A DNA stretch of 64,000 nt from Phycisphaerae bacterium (lineage in GTDB: Bacteria; Planctomycetota; Phycisphaerae; UBA1845; Fen-1342): NCBI GenBank assembly GCA_963675745.2, contig CAXXWX010000019.1:384001-448000 (forward strand). The letters are read 5' to 3'. Shown here one piece after another: positions 17,420 to 27,531 of this stretch (the first letter of the stretch is position 1; every line of letters begins with the position of its first letter). The notes beneath the pieces are model-generated. The model searched no databases, had not been told where the DNA came from, and was given only the letters and a program-made list of their open reading frames with translations. The position numbers and the translations under genes are program-made.

Positions 17420-18160
17420 TCAGTCCGCCGCCGCCTCGCTATGCAAGTATCGCGCAAGTTGATGATCGGCCGGCAGACGTTCAGGCTCGTACGTCGCCAG
17501 GGCATAGAGTGACAACACGGCCCAGAGAATCAGCAGTGCGCCCAAACCCGCGGCTGCGACCGATACGCGCTTGCGCGCCTCGACGCCGACCGTGATCCCC
17601 CAGGTGATGCAGAATGTCACGATCCCGTTGCAGAAGTGAAAAACCGCCGCCACGACGCCGATCAGGTAAATCGCCATCCACACGCCCATCGGCAGCGGCA
17701 TGCCGAAGACGTGCTGCGTGAGGTTGAAGAAATACGGATTCGCGTCTTTGTACTCCAGCACGCCAAACCAGTGGGCGAACCTGAAGTGCAGCAGGTGCAC
17801 GACAATGAACACGACCGTGATCCACGCTGTAAAACGCTGAATCGTGTAACGCCAGTTGTCCATGTACGGATAGCGCGTGGCGTTGGAGCGGCCCTGGAGC
17901 GCGATCACGACGCCGTAGGCCGCGTGGAACGCGATCGGGATGAAGATGAAGACGATCTCGATTGCCAGCAGAAACGGCAGGCTGTGAATCAGGCCGACGT
18001 GGTGGTTGAAATGCTCCGCGTCGAGCCAGGCGGTCGCGTTGGTCAGCATATGGTTGAACAGAAACGCGCCGACCGGGATTATGCCCGTCAGGGAGTGCAG
18101 GCGGCGCAAGAGAAAGTGATGGCGATCGAGCAGGCCGGGGGTCTGGGCAATTGTTGACAC
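17420..18160 (-). CDS. sdhC: Succinate dehydrogenase/fumarate reductase cytochrome b558 subunit (type B, five TM)
   Basis: FLLRRLHSLTGIIPVG, FHAAYG, NWRYTIQRFT, HLLHFR, FHFCNGIVTFCITWGI with haem-ligand His residues. GTG start at 18160 inferred. Confidence 0.88.
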   Translation of the reverse strand: MSTIAQTPGLLDRHHFLLRRLHSLTGIIPVGAFLFNHMLTNATAWLDAEHFNHHVGLIHSLPFLLAIEIVFIFIPIAFHAAYGVVIALQGRSNATRYPYMDNWRYTIQRFTAWITVVFIVVHLLHFRFAHWFGVLEYKDANPYFFNLTQHVFGMPLPMGVWMAIYLIGVVAAVFHFCNGIVTFCITWGITVGVEARKRVSVAAAGLGALLILWAVLSLYALATYEPERLPADHQLARYLHSEAAAD

Positions 18161-18389
18161 GACTATTCTCGCATGCGAGCGGTTTACTTGCGGACGGCGC
18201 AGCGCCGGGCGAATCAGTCCGCACAGCCTACCCGAGACCACGCCGGCGCGGCAAGCCGTCAGTTGTACCCGTTGTGCATCCGCGCGGCCCATCGATTGCC
18301 TGAGGCGGCGCGGCGCCACCCTTGGCGCGTGCCCCGCCCTCGCCTACCGTGGCCCCCCGGCATCCACCAGACACAGGAGTTTCGCGCTA

Positions 18390-19448
18390 ATGGCCAGCCA
18401 GAAAACGGGACTTATCCAGATCGGGACCGGCGGAATCGGTAACTTCCACCTCGCCGTCTACAAGGACCTGCCTGACATCGAAGTCATCGGCGTGTACGAC
18501 GTCAACCAGGACGCGGCGCGCAAGGCCGCCGAGAAACACGGCGTGGAGACGGTCTTCGAGTCGCTCGAAGCCGCCCTGGACCAGCCGCGCGCGGACATGG
18601 TCACCGTCGCCACGCCCAACCGCTATCACGCCGACATCACCATCAAGGCGCTTGAGGCCGGCAAGCACGTCGTCTGCGAAAAGCCGCTGGCGCCGACCGC
18701 CGCCGAAGTCGAACGGATGATCGCCGCCCGCGACAAGGCCGGCAAGCTCTTGATGACCGCCCAGCACATGCGCTTCGACAGCCGTTCACAGGCGCTGCGG
18801 CGTCTGATCGAGGCCGGCCGGCTGGGGGAGGTGTATTACTCGCGCGCGCGCTGGCTGCGGCGTTGGTCCGTCCCGGCCACGCCCGGGTTTATCTCAAAGC
18901 AGCAGGCGGTCCGCGGCCCCGGCGCGGACATCGGCGTGCATGTCGTCGATCTGGCCATGCACCTGATGGACCACCCCCGGCCGGTCAGCGTCAGCGGCAT
19001 GTCGGTCTGCAAGCTGGCCAAACAGCCGGGGCGCTACAACAGTTGGGGCACGTTCAAGCCTGAGCAGTTCGAGGTCGAGGACTTCGCCGCCGGCTGGGTG
19101 CGCTTCGCCAACGGCGCCGTGCTGACGATCGAGGTCAGTTGGATGCTCAACACGCTCGAACAGGAGGAGTATGGCGTCGAGCTTTACGGCGACCGCGGCG
19201 GGGCGGCGTGGCCGACGCTGCGCTGGGTCGGCGGAGACGGCGACGTCTTCAGCAGCGCGACGATCGAGAGCGTCAATCACAACGCGCACAACGGCCACCA
19301 GAACGAATTCCGCGCGTTCGTCGACGCCATCCACTCAGGCGGCCCGTCACCCGTGCCGGCGGAGCAGAGCCTGACCGTGGCCCGCATCCTCGACGCGCTC
19401 TACGAATCCGCCGAGAAACAGCGCGAGGTGCGCCTCGACGAAAAGTAG
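18390..19448 (+). CDS. Gfo/Idh/MocA family oxidoreductase
   Basis: IGTGGIG Rossmann motif, HVVCEKP, DIGVHVVD. Confidence 0.93.
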   Translation: MASQKTGLIQIGTGGIGNFHLAVYKDLPDIEVIGVYDVNQDAARKAAEKHGVETVFESLEAALDQPRADMVTVATPNRYHADITIKALEAGKHVVCEKPLAPTAAEVERMIAARDKAGKLLMTAQHMRFDSRSQALRRLIEAGRLGEVYYSRARWLRRWSVPATPGFISKQQAVRGPGADIGVHVVDLAMHLMDHPRPVSVSGMSVCKLAKQPGRYNSWGTFKPEQFEVEDFAAGWVRFANGAVLTIEVSWMLNTLEQEEYGVELYGDRGGAAWPTLRWVGGDGDVFSSATIESVNHNAHNGHQNEFRAFVDAIHSGGPSPVPAEQSLTVARILDALYESAEKQREVRLDEK

Positions 19449-19468
19449 CCACAACCCGTTCCCCCAAT

Positions 19469-19541
19469 GTGTGCCACGGCTCTGTGAGCCGTGTCTCGCG
19501 GGCCACGTCAGCAAAGCACGGCTCACGGACCGGTGGCACAC
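19469..19541. repeat. Inverted pair of REP-like hairpins (GTGTGCCAC...GTGGCACAC)
   Basis: GTGTGCCACGGCTCTGTGAGCCGTG at 19469-19493 and CACGGCTCACGGACCGGTGGCACAC at 19517-19541, between convergent genes. Confidence 0.75.
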
Positions 19542-19852
19542 GCGACTGTTAAGAGTAGATTCGCGCATCCGGTTAGATAGTCGGTCGGGTCGGTGTCGGC
19601 GATGGCACAAAAGGCGACGGAGAAGACTATGTGCCCGATGTAGACGCGCGTGAGCCAAATGTGCTTGGCTTTGCGTGACGCGGCTATGCCCACCAGGCAG
19701 AGGGGAATCTGCAGAATGAGAAGCCCGCACGCAAGATACGCACCTTCAATCCCCTTGGTGATCGAACCAGACAAGACCCGCGCGGCCACTCCCCAAATGC
19801 CGAGGAAATCGAGTATCAGCAGTATCACGAGTGGCCAAACGCTGGCGAACAT
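19523..19852 (-). CDS. Small hypothetical membrane protein (3 TM)
   Basis: Three hydrophobic segments; GAGGTGA RBS upstream; 3' end runs into the REP pair. Confidence 0.55.
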   Translation of the reverse strand: MFASVWPLVILLILDFLGIWGVAARVLSGSITKGIEGAYLACGLLILQIPLCLVGIAASRKAKHIWLTRVYIGHIVFSVAFCAIADTDPTDYLTGCANLLLTVACATGP

Positions 19853-19885
19853 ATCTCACCTCGTCTAAACGGCACGCGGCGCAGG

Positions 19886-20716
19886 CTATTCCAACAGCTC
19901 ATGCTCGCCAAACGCCGCCCGCAGCAGTCGCGGCACGGCCTCCGTTGCGTTGCCGGCGATCCAGGCGTCGGCGTCGCCGGGCGCTTCGGGGTCGATCACG
20001 ATTATCTTCGCACCGCGCTCACGCGCTATCTGCGGCAGCATGGCGGCAGGCAACACGAGTTGAGATGTGCCAACGATCAGCAGTACATCGCAATCTTCAA
20101 CAGCGTTCCGCGCCAAACGCCAATCGGGCTCGGCGAGACTCTCGCCAAACAGCACGACGCGCGGCCGGTAGAAGCCGCGGCGGCTGAGTCCGACCAGGGC
20201 GCGCATGGCCCGCATTGTGCGCAGACGCGGAAACAGGCCGGTCGCCGCGCCGCGCAAGCGCTTGACCAGCCTGAGCATGTCGCCGTGCGGCACCAGGCGC
20301 ACAATCTCGTCGTTCGCGGTACACAGCTCCGGCAACGCGCCGTGGATCTCGCGCACCTTGGTACTGCCGGCGCGCTGATGCAGACCGTCGATGTTTTGCG
20401 TCACGACCACCGTCTCAACGTGGCGTTCGAAAGCCACGATGGCGCGGTGGGCGATATTCGGTTCAGCCCGCGCGATCGGGCCGACGAATTCCACCATGAA
20501 CTGTGCAAAGCGGCGCGGCTGGCGCCAAAACGCCCGCTTCAAGCCGGTCAAAGTGGCGAATTGTTCGGACGGAAACCGCTGCCACAGGCCGCTGTCGTCA
20601 CGGAAAGTCGGGATTCCACTCTCGGCGGACACGCCCGCGCCGGTGAAGACCACCATCCGCCGCGCATCGCGCAGCCACTCGGCCGCCTGCTCAATCTGAG
20701 ACTCGTCTGGGGGCAC
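19886..20716 (-). CDS. cobB: NAD-dependent protein deacylase (Sir2/CobB family)
   Basis: TGAGVSAESGIPTFR, TQNIDGLHQRAGS, EIHG, RPRVVLFGE, VGTS. Confidence 0.9.
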   Translation of the reverse strand: MPPDESQIEQAAEWLRDARRMVVFTGAGVSAESGIPTFRDDSGLWQRFPSEQFATLTGLKRAFWRQPRRFAQFMVEFVGPIARAEPNIAHRAIVAFERHVETVVVTQNIDGLHQRAGSTKVREIHGALPELCTANDEIVRLVPHGDMLRLVKRLRGAATGLFPRLRTMRAMRALVGLSRRGFYRPRVVLFGESLAEPDWRLARNAVEDCDVLLIVGTSQLVLPAAMLPQIARERGAKIIVIDPEAPGDADAWIAGNATEAVPRLLRAAFGEHELLE

Positions 20717-20722
20717 GGCTTC

Positions 20723-21853
20723 CTACCGGTCAAACGCGTCGGTGACGTCGGTGGGCAGATCGCCACGCAGCACCCGGCACCCATCGTCGGTGATGATGAT
20801 GTCGTCCTCGATGCGGATGCCGAACTCGCCCGGAACGTAAATACCCGGCTCGATTGTAACGCAGTGGCCGGGGCGCAGCGTCTCGCGATTGCCCCCCACG
20901 AGGTAGGGCGGCTCGTGACATTCGATACCCATGCCGTGGCCCAGCCGATGGGTGAAGAACTCGCCAAACCCCGCCTCGGTGATGACCCGCCGCGCGATAC
21001 CGTCAAGATCGCCGCATGCCAATCCGGGCCGCGCGGCCTCGATTGCCGCCGCCTGGGCGCTGCGCACGACCTGATATGCCTGTTTCGCTCGCGCGCTGGG
21101 CTCGCCCACGGCGTAAGTGCGCGTGATGTCGTTGTTGTAGCCGTCCGTCACGGTCACGCTGTCAACGACGACCGTGTGACCATCGGCGAGCTTGGAATCG
21201 TCCACAGTGTGATGTGGAATCGCGCCGTTGGGGCCGGTCTGTATCATGGGGGCGGCGGCGAACCCCATCGCCGCGAAGCGCTCCGAAATCTCATGCTGCA
21301 ATTCGGCTTCGCTCACGCCGGGGCGGATCATGTCCCTGAGCGCCAGAAAAACCTGCTCGCCACGGTCGTGGGCGCGTTGTAGCAGTTCGATTTCCTGGGT
21401 GGACTTGCAGGCGCGCGCTTCGCGCAGCAACAGCTCACCATTCTCCAGCTTGCGTCCAGTGAGTACCTGGCCGAATCGCTGCCAGGCCTCGAGCGTTGTG
21501 CGGCCGTCGATGGCGATTCGGCCGGTTTGCACGCCGGCCGCATCAAGCATGTGCGCGAATTTGGCATAGGGATCCTCCTCCTCGACCCAGGTGTGGATCG
21601 ACGGAATGGAGGTATCTTCGGCGATGCCGGGCTGCTCGAAGGCGGGGCAGATGATGCTGACCTCGCCGGCGCGGGTCACAACCCCGCAAACCAGCCGATC
21701 CCACGTGCTGTGGGCGGTGCCCGTGAACGCCAGCATATTCGCCGAGTGAAAGACGATGGTCGCCGCGATGTCCTCGGCTTTCATCAGCATCACCAGCCGC
21801 TCTATGTGCTCGCGGACGACCGCGGCCGGTATGTTCTTGCCGAGCGGGACCAT
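20723..21853 (-). CDS. Xaa-Pro peptidase (M24B)
   Basis: DITRT, HRLGHGMGIECHEPP, TIEPGIY, GIRIEDD. Confidence 0.93.
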   Translation of the reverse strand: MVPLGKNIPAAVVREHIERLVMLMKAEDIAATIVFHSANMLAFTGTAHSTWDRLVCGVVTRAGEVSIICPAFEQPGIAEDTSIPSIHTWVEEEDPYAKFAHMLDAAGVQTGRIAIDGRTTLEAWQRFGQVLTGRKLENGELLLREARACKSTQEIELLQRAHDRGEQVFLALRDMIRPGVSEAELQHEISERFAAMGFAAAPMIQTGPNGAIPHHTVDDSKLADGHTVVVDSVTVTDGYNNDITRTYAVGEPSARAKQAYQVVRSAQAAAIEAARPGLACGDLDGIARRVITEAGFGEFFTHRLGHGMGIECHEPPYLVGGNRETLRPGHCVTIEPGIYVPGEFGIRIEDDIIITDDGCRVLRGDLPTDVTDAFDR

Positions 21854-21855
21854 TG

Positions 21856-22875
21856 TTATGCCTCCGGAGGTGGGCTGTTCAGATACTCGCGGGCGGCGGC
21901 GACGACGCGCTCGGTGACCGCCTTGAGCGGGCCATCCACGATGGCGCCGGCGCTGGCATGGTGACCACCGCCGTTAAATTGCCGGGCCAGATCAAGCACA
22001 CCGCGCCCTCCCTCGCCGCGGAAATTGATGCGAACCTTGCCATTGACGCCCTCGCTGAGCAGCAGGGCTATGTCAATACCTTCGACCGAGCGCGGCACCT
22101 CGACTTGGTTGTCGATGTCATTGGCGTTGCAGCCGGTGGCGCGAATCTCGTCGAACGAAGCCGTGCTCCAGGCCAGCCGGCCGTCGTCGCTGACGCGCGT
22201 GTTCCCGTAGATCACCTGCATCAGGGCGAATTCACTGCGGCTGTGGCTGCGGTGCAGGCGCTCGCAGACCTCGTGAACGCGCGCCCCCGCGGCCGTCACC
22301 TCGTGGCCGACCGCCAGACTGCGCGACGTCGTGTTGGAGAGCGAAAACCCCTGCGTATCGGTGTGGATGCCCGCGAAAATCAGCGTGCCGATCGTCGGCG
22401 TAATCTGGCAGCCCAGCGTCAGCAGCAGGTCATAGACCATCTCGCTGGTGCTGCTGCGCTGACCGGAAATCCAGTTCCACTGTCCGAACTGCGTATTGGT
22501 CGCGTGGTGATCGATGTTGATGATCGGCTTGCCGTCCAGCACCTCGCGCCCACCGTCCACATTCAGCCGGGGGTATTTCGCCGTATCCAGTGCAATCACA
22601 AGATCGGCCGATCGCAATTCGCCGGGCGCGGACGATGGAATGGCGGCGTGCTCGACCAGAAACCGCAGGCGCCGCGCTACCGTGTCGGTGGGCAGCGAGA
22701 CGACGGGAGTCACGTTCAGCTCCGGCAGGGCGAGCCACAAGGCGCCGATGGCGCCGATGCAATCAGCGTCCGGCGTAACGTGTCCCGCGAGGGCCACGCG
22801 CGACGCCGACCGGATCGCGTCGCACAGGTCCGCGGGCGGCGGTGTCAATCCTGAGCTTTCGTCCTGCGGGCCCAT
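21856..22875 (-). CDS. nrnA: DHH-family bifunctional oligoribonuclease/pAp phosphatase
   Basis: HVTPDADCIG, NIDHH, GIHTDT, GGGHHASAG. Start MGPQ overlaps the sat stop codon. Confidence 0.9.
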   Translation of the reverse strand: MGPQDESSGLTPPPADLCDAIRSASRVALAGHVTPDADCIGAIGALWLALPELNVTPVVSLPTDTVARRLRFLVEHAAIPSSAPGELRSADLVIALDTAKYPRLNVDGGREVLDGKPIINIDHHATNTQFGQWNWISGQRSSTSEMVYDLLLTLGCQITPTIGTLIFAGIHTDTQGFSLSNTTSRSLAVGHEVTAAGARVHEVCERLHRSHSRSEFALMQVIYGNTRVSDDGRLAWSTASFDEIRATGCNANDIDNQVEVPRSVEGIDIALLLSEGVNGKVRINFRGEGGRGVLDLARQFNGGGHHASAGAIVDGPLKAVTERVVAAAREYLNSPPPEA

Positions 22876-24047
22876 TACCCTTGCTTCATCGCGTCGATCA
22901 GAAGGTCGGCCACTTCGGCGCGCGTGAACTCCACCGGCGGTCGCTCGCCGGCCGACAGCATCTCGCGGACCTTTGTCCCTGACAGAAAGACACGATCTTC
23001 CGGCGCGCTGTTCGTCGTTTTGGCGCTGGCCATCGCACCCGACTTCTTGCACCAGAAGGCGTGCTCGAAGTTCAACGGCGTGATGCCGATCTCCTCGGGC
23101 TCAAACTGCTCGAAAATGCGCTGTGCGTCGTAGGTCCCGTAGTACTTGCCCACGCCGGCGTGGTCACGGCCGACGATGAAGTGCGTCACGCCGTAGTTCT
23201 TGCGGATCAGGGCGTGGATGATGGCCTCGCGCGGTCCGGCATAGCGCATCGCCGCCGGCCAGACCGAGAGCATCGTATTTGCGGCGTTGTAGTAGTTCTC
23301 GATGAGAATCTCGTAACAGTGCATACGCACATCGGCGGGAATGTCACCCTTCTGCGTCTGGCCGACCAGCGGGTGGATCAGCAACCCGTCGACCAGCTCG
23401 AGCGCGCACTTGGTGATGTACTCGTGGGCCCGGTGAATGGGGTTGCGTGTTTGAAACGCCACCACCGTCTTCCAGCCCTTTTCAGTGAACGCGGCGCGCG
23501 TTTGCGCGGGAGTCAGGCGGTACTTGGTGAAATCAGGATCGTGCCGGGGGGTGAGCACTTCAAGTGGACCGGCCAGGCACACATCGCCCTGACTCAAGAC
23601 GACCGCCACGCCGGGATGGGCGTCATCGGTCGCCAGGTAGACCTTCTCGGATTCCTTGGCCTTGTCGTGGGCGTACTTCTCTTCGACCGTCATCGTCGCC
23701 AGCAGGCGGTCCTTATCATCGGTGAGCACGACGGTCTGTCCCAACTCGATCTGCTCAGCCGCGGATTGCGAAACCGAGCACGTGATCGGCACGGACCACG
23801 GCAGACCATTCGCCAGCCGCATGTTGTCGCACACGCTGTGAAAGTCCTTCGATCCCATGAAGCCGGTGAGTGGGCTCATCGCACCGACGGCGAGCAGCTC
23901 CAGATCGCATTGCTCGCGCTCGGGGAGCCTGATGCGCGGCGCCTTCTCCGCCGCCAACTCGAGCTCGCGGCGGCGCTTATCATCGACCACCAGGTTTACC
24001 AGGGCGCCGCCATGAGGCGGTATCAGTCCAGTGTGTGACATCATCAT
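22875..24047 (-). CDS. sat: Sulfate adenylyltransferase
   Basis: AFQTRNPIHRAHEY, MRYAGPREA, HFIVGRDHAGVG, LSGTKVREML. Confidence 0.97.
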   Translation of the reverse strand: MMMSHTGLIPPHGGALVNLVVDDKRRRELELAAEKAPRIRLPEREQCDLELLAVGAMSPLTGFMGSKDFHSVCDNMRLANGLPWSVPITCSVSQSAAEQIELGQTVVLTDDKDRLLATMTVEEKYAHDKAKESEKVYLATDDAHPGVAVVLSQGDVCLAGPLEVLTPRHDPDFTKYRLTPAQTRAAFTEKGWKTVVAFQTRNPIHRAHEYITKCALELVDGLLIHPLVGQTQKGDIPADVRMHCYEILIENYYNAANTMLSVWPAAMRYAGPREAIIHALIRKNYGVTHFIVGRDHAGVGKYYGTYDAQRIFEQFEPEEIGITPLNFEHAFWCKKSGAMASAKTTNSAPEDRVFLSGTKVREMLSAGERPPVEFTRAEVADLLIDAMKQG

Positions 24048-24204
24048 CTCCCGCTGTCGTCCTTAGCAGCGATCACTCACTACGAGCTTCGCTCGGATTG
24101 GAATGCAGCATGTTAGGCGATTTGTGCCGAAAACCCAAACCCCCGATTTGGCTCCTCCCGCGGATAGCCGCGGCAGTAGTGATGCGGCGGTTCCGGCCGA
24201 CCTG

Positions 24205-26751
24205 TCACCGCTCTGCTTGCTTCTGTCGGGCTAGTAGCTGGTCGCGCTCGGTTCGTAAGGCCTCCAGCTGGCGGGTCTGGTCATCGATGATCGCCTTTTG
24301 CTCATCCCAGCACTTTGCCAGCCGTTGGGCCTCCTCCCACACGCGGCCGTGTTCCTGTTCAAGTTCGGCAATGCGGGCGGTTTGCTCTCCGATGAGCGCG
24401 CGTTGCTGCTCCCAGGCCGCGCGCAAACGCTGCAAATCGTCCCAGGCCCGGTCGCGGCACTGCTCCAGCTCGTCGATGCGCCCGGCGCAGGTTTGGATGT
24501 GTTCGGTCTGCTCGGCAAGCATCTTGCGTTGTTGCCGCCAGCTTGTGGCCAGCTCGGTCTCGCGCTGCCAGGCCAGCTCGGTTTCATTAGTAAGTTCGCC
24601 GATCCGCCCGGCCTGTGCATCCAGTTGCCGGCGTTGATCACGCCAACTCTGCGTGAGCCGATCCAACTCAATCGCGAGCGCCGCGTCGCCTGTGTGACCG
24701 CCGCCGGACGTGCCCACAAGTGCATTCGTCTGCTGCCAGGCGGCGCCGGGCTCCTGATACCAGCGCGGCAGGGCCAGCAGCCCGAAAGCGCATCGTGTGG
24801 CCAGGCGCGCCAACTGCACGACCTCGGGCATCCCGAACGACGCCGGATTCTCGGGGCGCCCCCAGATGTTGCGCCAGTCACCGGCGAGTACGCGCCGGGC
24901 CTCGCTCAATCCGCGTTGCCACAGCTTGGCCGCGGATTCAGGACGTTGACCGTTTGCTTCGATGAGACCCGCCTGAAAGAACGCATCAACCGTCTTGGTG
25001 GCCAGCAACGGGCTGAAGCGCAGCGGGTCAAGCTCTGCGCAGGCGATAAAGCCGTCGCGCGCCGCCTCCAGCGCGCCGCGCGACAGGCACAGCCGCGCCA
25101 CCGCATATTGATTGGAGATGCGCCAACGCCAGGCGTGTGGCCTGTCCACGGCGGTCTGGTGGTAACGCGCCACGCGCTGTTCAAGCTCGCGCACCTCGTC
25201 GGCGGTCGCCCGGTTCCCCTCGAGCAGGCGGTATGCCAACACGCACAATGCGGCACCTTCATCAGGCGAACCCGCTTGGGCGGTTTCAAGCACGCGGCGG
25301 GCCAATGCCTCCAGTTGCACCGGGTTGGAGTTGCGCATGCCCAGGGCGACGATCGCCTTCACCAACCAGGGGTTGTCATAATCGCGCTTGAAGGCCGTTA
25401 TATGACAGTCCTCGATGTCACTGAAGTCGGCGAAGGTGGTCTCCTGGTACTCTTGGTCAGCGGCCGCAACCGCGTCCTTCATGCCGACCGCGATCAGCCA
25501 CTCGCAGTCCTCGGCGGGGGCCTCTTCGACACCCAGCTCGCGTAACTGCCGCGGTTGATCGGCGAGTCTCACGCCGCCGCCCGCCGTCTGGGCAAACGCC
25601 CGCTCAAACAGAAAACGGGTCTCGACCTGCCGCTTGAGCTTGTCCCAGGTGTACACGTGCAGGTGGTGGGGGTTGGGATCGTCGCCGCTCTCGTCCGACC
25701 AGTCGTTGGGAACGCTGACGACAATCCGGCCCGCGGGCTTCAGAACGCGCCGGACCTCGGCAAGGAACGCTTCCGGATCGGGCAAATGTTCGAGGATCTC
25801 CAGGGCCACGACCAGGTCTATCGAGGCATCGCTCACGTCGGTTAATCTGCCGACGTCGCCCGTACGAAACTCCAGCTCGGCATCGAGCGCGGCGTAGTTG
25901 GCGTTCGCGTAGTCGATCGCGGCGCGACTGTTGTCGACACCGATAACGCAACGCGATGCGCTCTGTGCACGGAGGAGCGCCGCCCCGTAACCCAACCCGC
26001 ACGCCGCATCCAACACCGTATCGCCCGGCCGGACAAACCCGGCCGCCAGCGAGTAACGCGCGATATGCGCATCGGCGCGCCGTCCGCTGGTTCGCAGCAT
26101 ATCCGCGTGCAACATGCGGCGGGCTTCGAGTGAGTCCAAGGGGTACGCATCGCGCGCGCTTCCCGGCAGTTTTTCCATCACCAGCGTGACCTGCGGGCCC
26201 GCGTGTTCGAGCGTCTTGAAGCCGTTGATGATCGAATCGCGCGGATGCGTGCGGAAGCCGGCCTCGAAGAACCGCTGCTGCCACCAGTCCCGATCGTGGA
26301 CGGTCAGGTGCCACTGGTTGTCGCGATCGGGGATGGTGGAGATGGTCACGAACGCGCTGCGCCGGGTAACACGCCACAACTCGGCCAATGCGCGGGGTAC
26401 GTCGTCCTCGGCAATGTGTTCGAGCACGTCGGTGGCGACCACTGTCTCGAACGCATCATCATCAAACGGCAACGCCAGTACAGACCCGTTCACCGCGCGA
26501 TCGCCGATGCGTCGGCGTAGGTCATCGGTCACCACGGGCGCGACATCCAGCGCGCAGGCATCGACGCCGGCGACCAGCAACCCGCGCGCCAGCCGTCCCA
26601 TGCCGCACCCCACATCCAACAGGCGCCCGCCGCCGCACGCGATCAGGATCTGGTGGATCAGCGCGTCGACATTGTCAAAGGAATTGCCGCCCCAGCGATC
26701 GGAACGCTGCCAGTACTCGTCGTACAAGCGCTTGTAGTCTGCGCCGGCCAC
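24205..26751 (-). CDS. Double SAM-methyltransferase protein with helical region and C-terminal coiled coil (glycan-modifying, WbdD-like architecture)
   Basis: Two motif-I sites (LLDVGCGMG and VLDAACGLGYG), NPHHLHVYT, and a C-terminal coiled-coil-like region with regularly spaced Trp. Confidence 0.82.
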   Translation of the reverse strand: MAGADYKRLYDEYWQRSDRWGGNSFDNVDALIHQILIACGGGRLLDVGCGMGRLARGLLVAGVDACALDVAPVVTDDLRRRIGDRAVNGSVLALPFDDDAFETVVATDVLEHIAEDDVPRALAELWRVTRRSAFVTISTIPDRDNQWHLTVHDRDWWQQRFFEAGFRTHPRDSIINGFKTLEHAGPQVTLVMEKLPGSARDAYPLDSLEARRMLHADMLRTSGRRADAHIARYSLAAGFVRPGDTVLDAACGLGYGAALLRAQSASRCVIGVDNSRAAIDYANANYAALDAELEFRTGDVGRLTDVSDASIDLVVALEILEHLPDPEAFLAEVRRVLKPAGRIVVSVPNDWSDESGDDPNPHHLHVYTWDKLKRQVETRFLFERAFAQTAGGGVRLADQPRQLRELGVEEAPAEDCEWLIAVGMKDAVAAADQEYQETTFADFSDIEDCHITAFKRDYDNPWLVKAIVALGMRNSNPVQLEALARRVLETAQAGSPDEGAALCVLAYRLLEGNRATADEVRELEQRVARYHQTAVDRPHAWRWRISNQYAVARLCLSRGALEAARDGFIACAELDPLRFSPLLATKTVDAFFQAGLIEANGQRPESAAKLWQRGLSEARRVLAGDWRNIWGRPENPASFGMPEVVQLARLATRCAFGLLALPRWYQEPGAAWQQTNALVGTSGGGHTGDAALAIELDRLTQSWRDQRRQLDAQAGRIGELTNETELAWQRETELATSWRQQRKMLAEQTEHIQTCAGRIDELEQCRDRAWDDLQRLRAAWEQQRALIGEQTARIAELEQEHGRVWEEAQRLAKCWDEQKAIIDDQTRQLEALRTERDQLLARQKQAER

Positions 26752-27486
26752 TTAGGCCTCCTTGCGTATCCAACACGAGCAGTCAATGCCCGGTGTGTGC
26801 CGGATGATCTCCGGGCGGCGTGCAAAAAACTCCTCCACCGCGATCGTTGCGCCGCTGCAATCCGGGTGTTGGTAGTCGTCGAACACGACGTATCCGCCGA
26901 TAGCGGTTTGCTCGAACGTGCGCTCCAGCGAGAATTTCACCCCCGCGTAGCAATCCGCGTCAATGTGACACAGCGCGAGTTGACGGTCTCCCAGCTCGCC
27001 GATCGTATCCTCGAACCACCCCCTGACGAGTTGCACGCGCGGCAAGCCCTGCTCGGCAAAGAACCGAACCGTTTCGTCATAGTCCGCGTCGGCAAACATG
27101 CCCGCATACAGGCGGTGACCGTCACGGACAGGATCAGGCTCCGGCAGGCCCGCGAAAGAGTCAAAGCCCAGCAGGTCGCGGTCCTCGTTCATCTCATGCC
27201 ACTGGCGCGCGACCAGGTACAGGCTGCCGCCGCGCCACGTGCCGAACTCGGCATAGCAGCCGGGGATGCCCTCGCGTACGACCAGCCGCGCCAGGCGCCC
27301 GAGCTGGCCGAAACGTTGCCAGGCCATCCGCGTGCGCTTGTGCCCGCCGACTTCGTCGTATATCGCCCCGAACTCGCGTGTGAACTGCGCATGATCGAGC
27401 TCACGGCCGAGGGTCACGGCCCATGCGGACCAACCGTCGATGCTCGAGCCGGGATCGATGTTGCCGACGAACGCTGGCGTTGTCAT
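26752..27486 (-). CDS. TylF/MycF-family O-methyltransferase
   Basis: PGCYAEFGTWRGGS, FDSFAGLP, GWFEDT, HIDADCY, GGYVVFDDY. Confidence 0.92.
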   Translation of the reverse strand: MTTPAFVGNIDPGSSIDGWSAWAVTLGRELDHAQFTREFGAIYDEVGGHKRTRMAWQRFGQLGRLARLVVREGIPGCYAEFGTWRGGSLYLVARQWHEMNEDRDLLGFDSFAGLPEPDPVRDGHRLYAGMFADADYDETVRFFAEQGLPRVQLVRGWFEDTIGELGDRQLALCHIDADCYAGVKFSLERTFEQTAIGGYVVFDDYQHPDCSGATIAVEEFFARRPEIIRHTPGIDCSCWIRKEA

Positions 27487-27531
27487 GCGTGGTCCTTGTC
27501 TGGTCTCATCGGGCCGAATCGGGGGGGCGCG

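Noticed and set aside
19886..20716. SIR2 anti-phage effector (Thoeris/DSR type)
   Set aside because: Carries the full CobB-type deacylase motifs and lies in a housekeeping operon with no defence partner.
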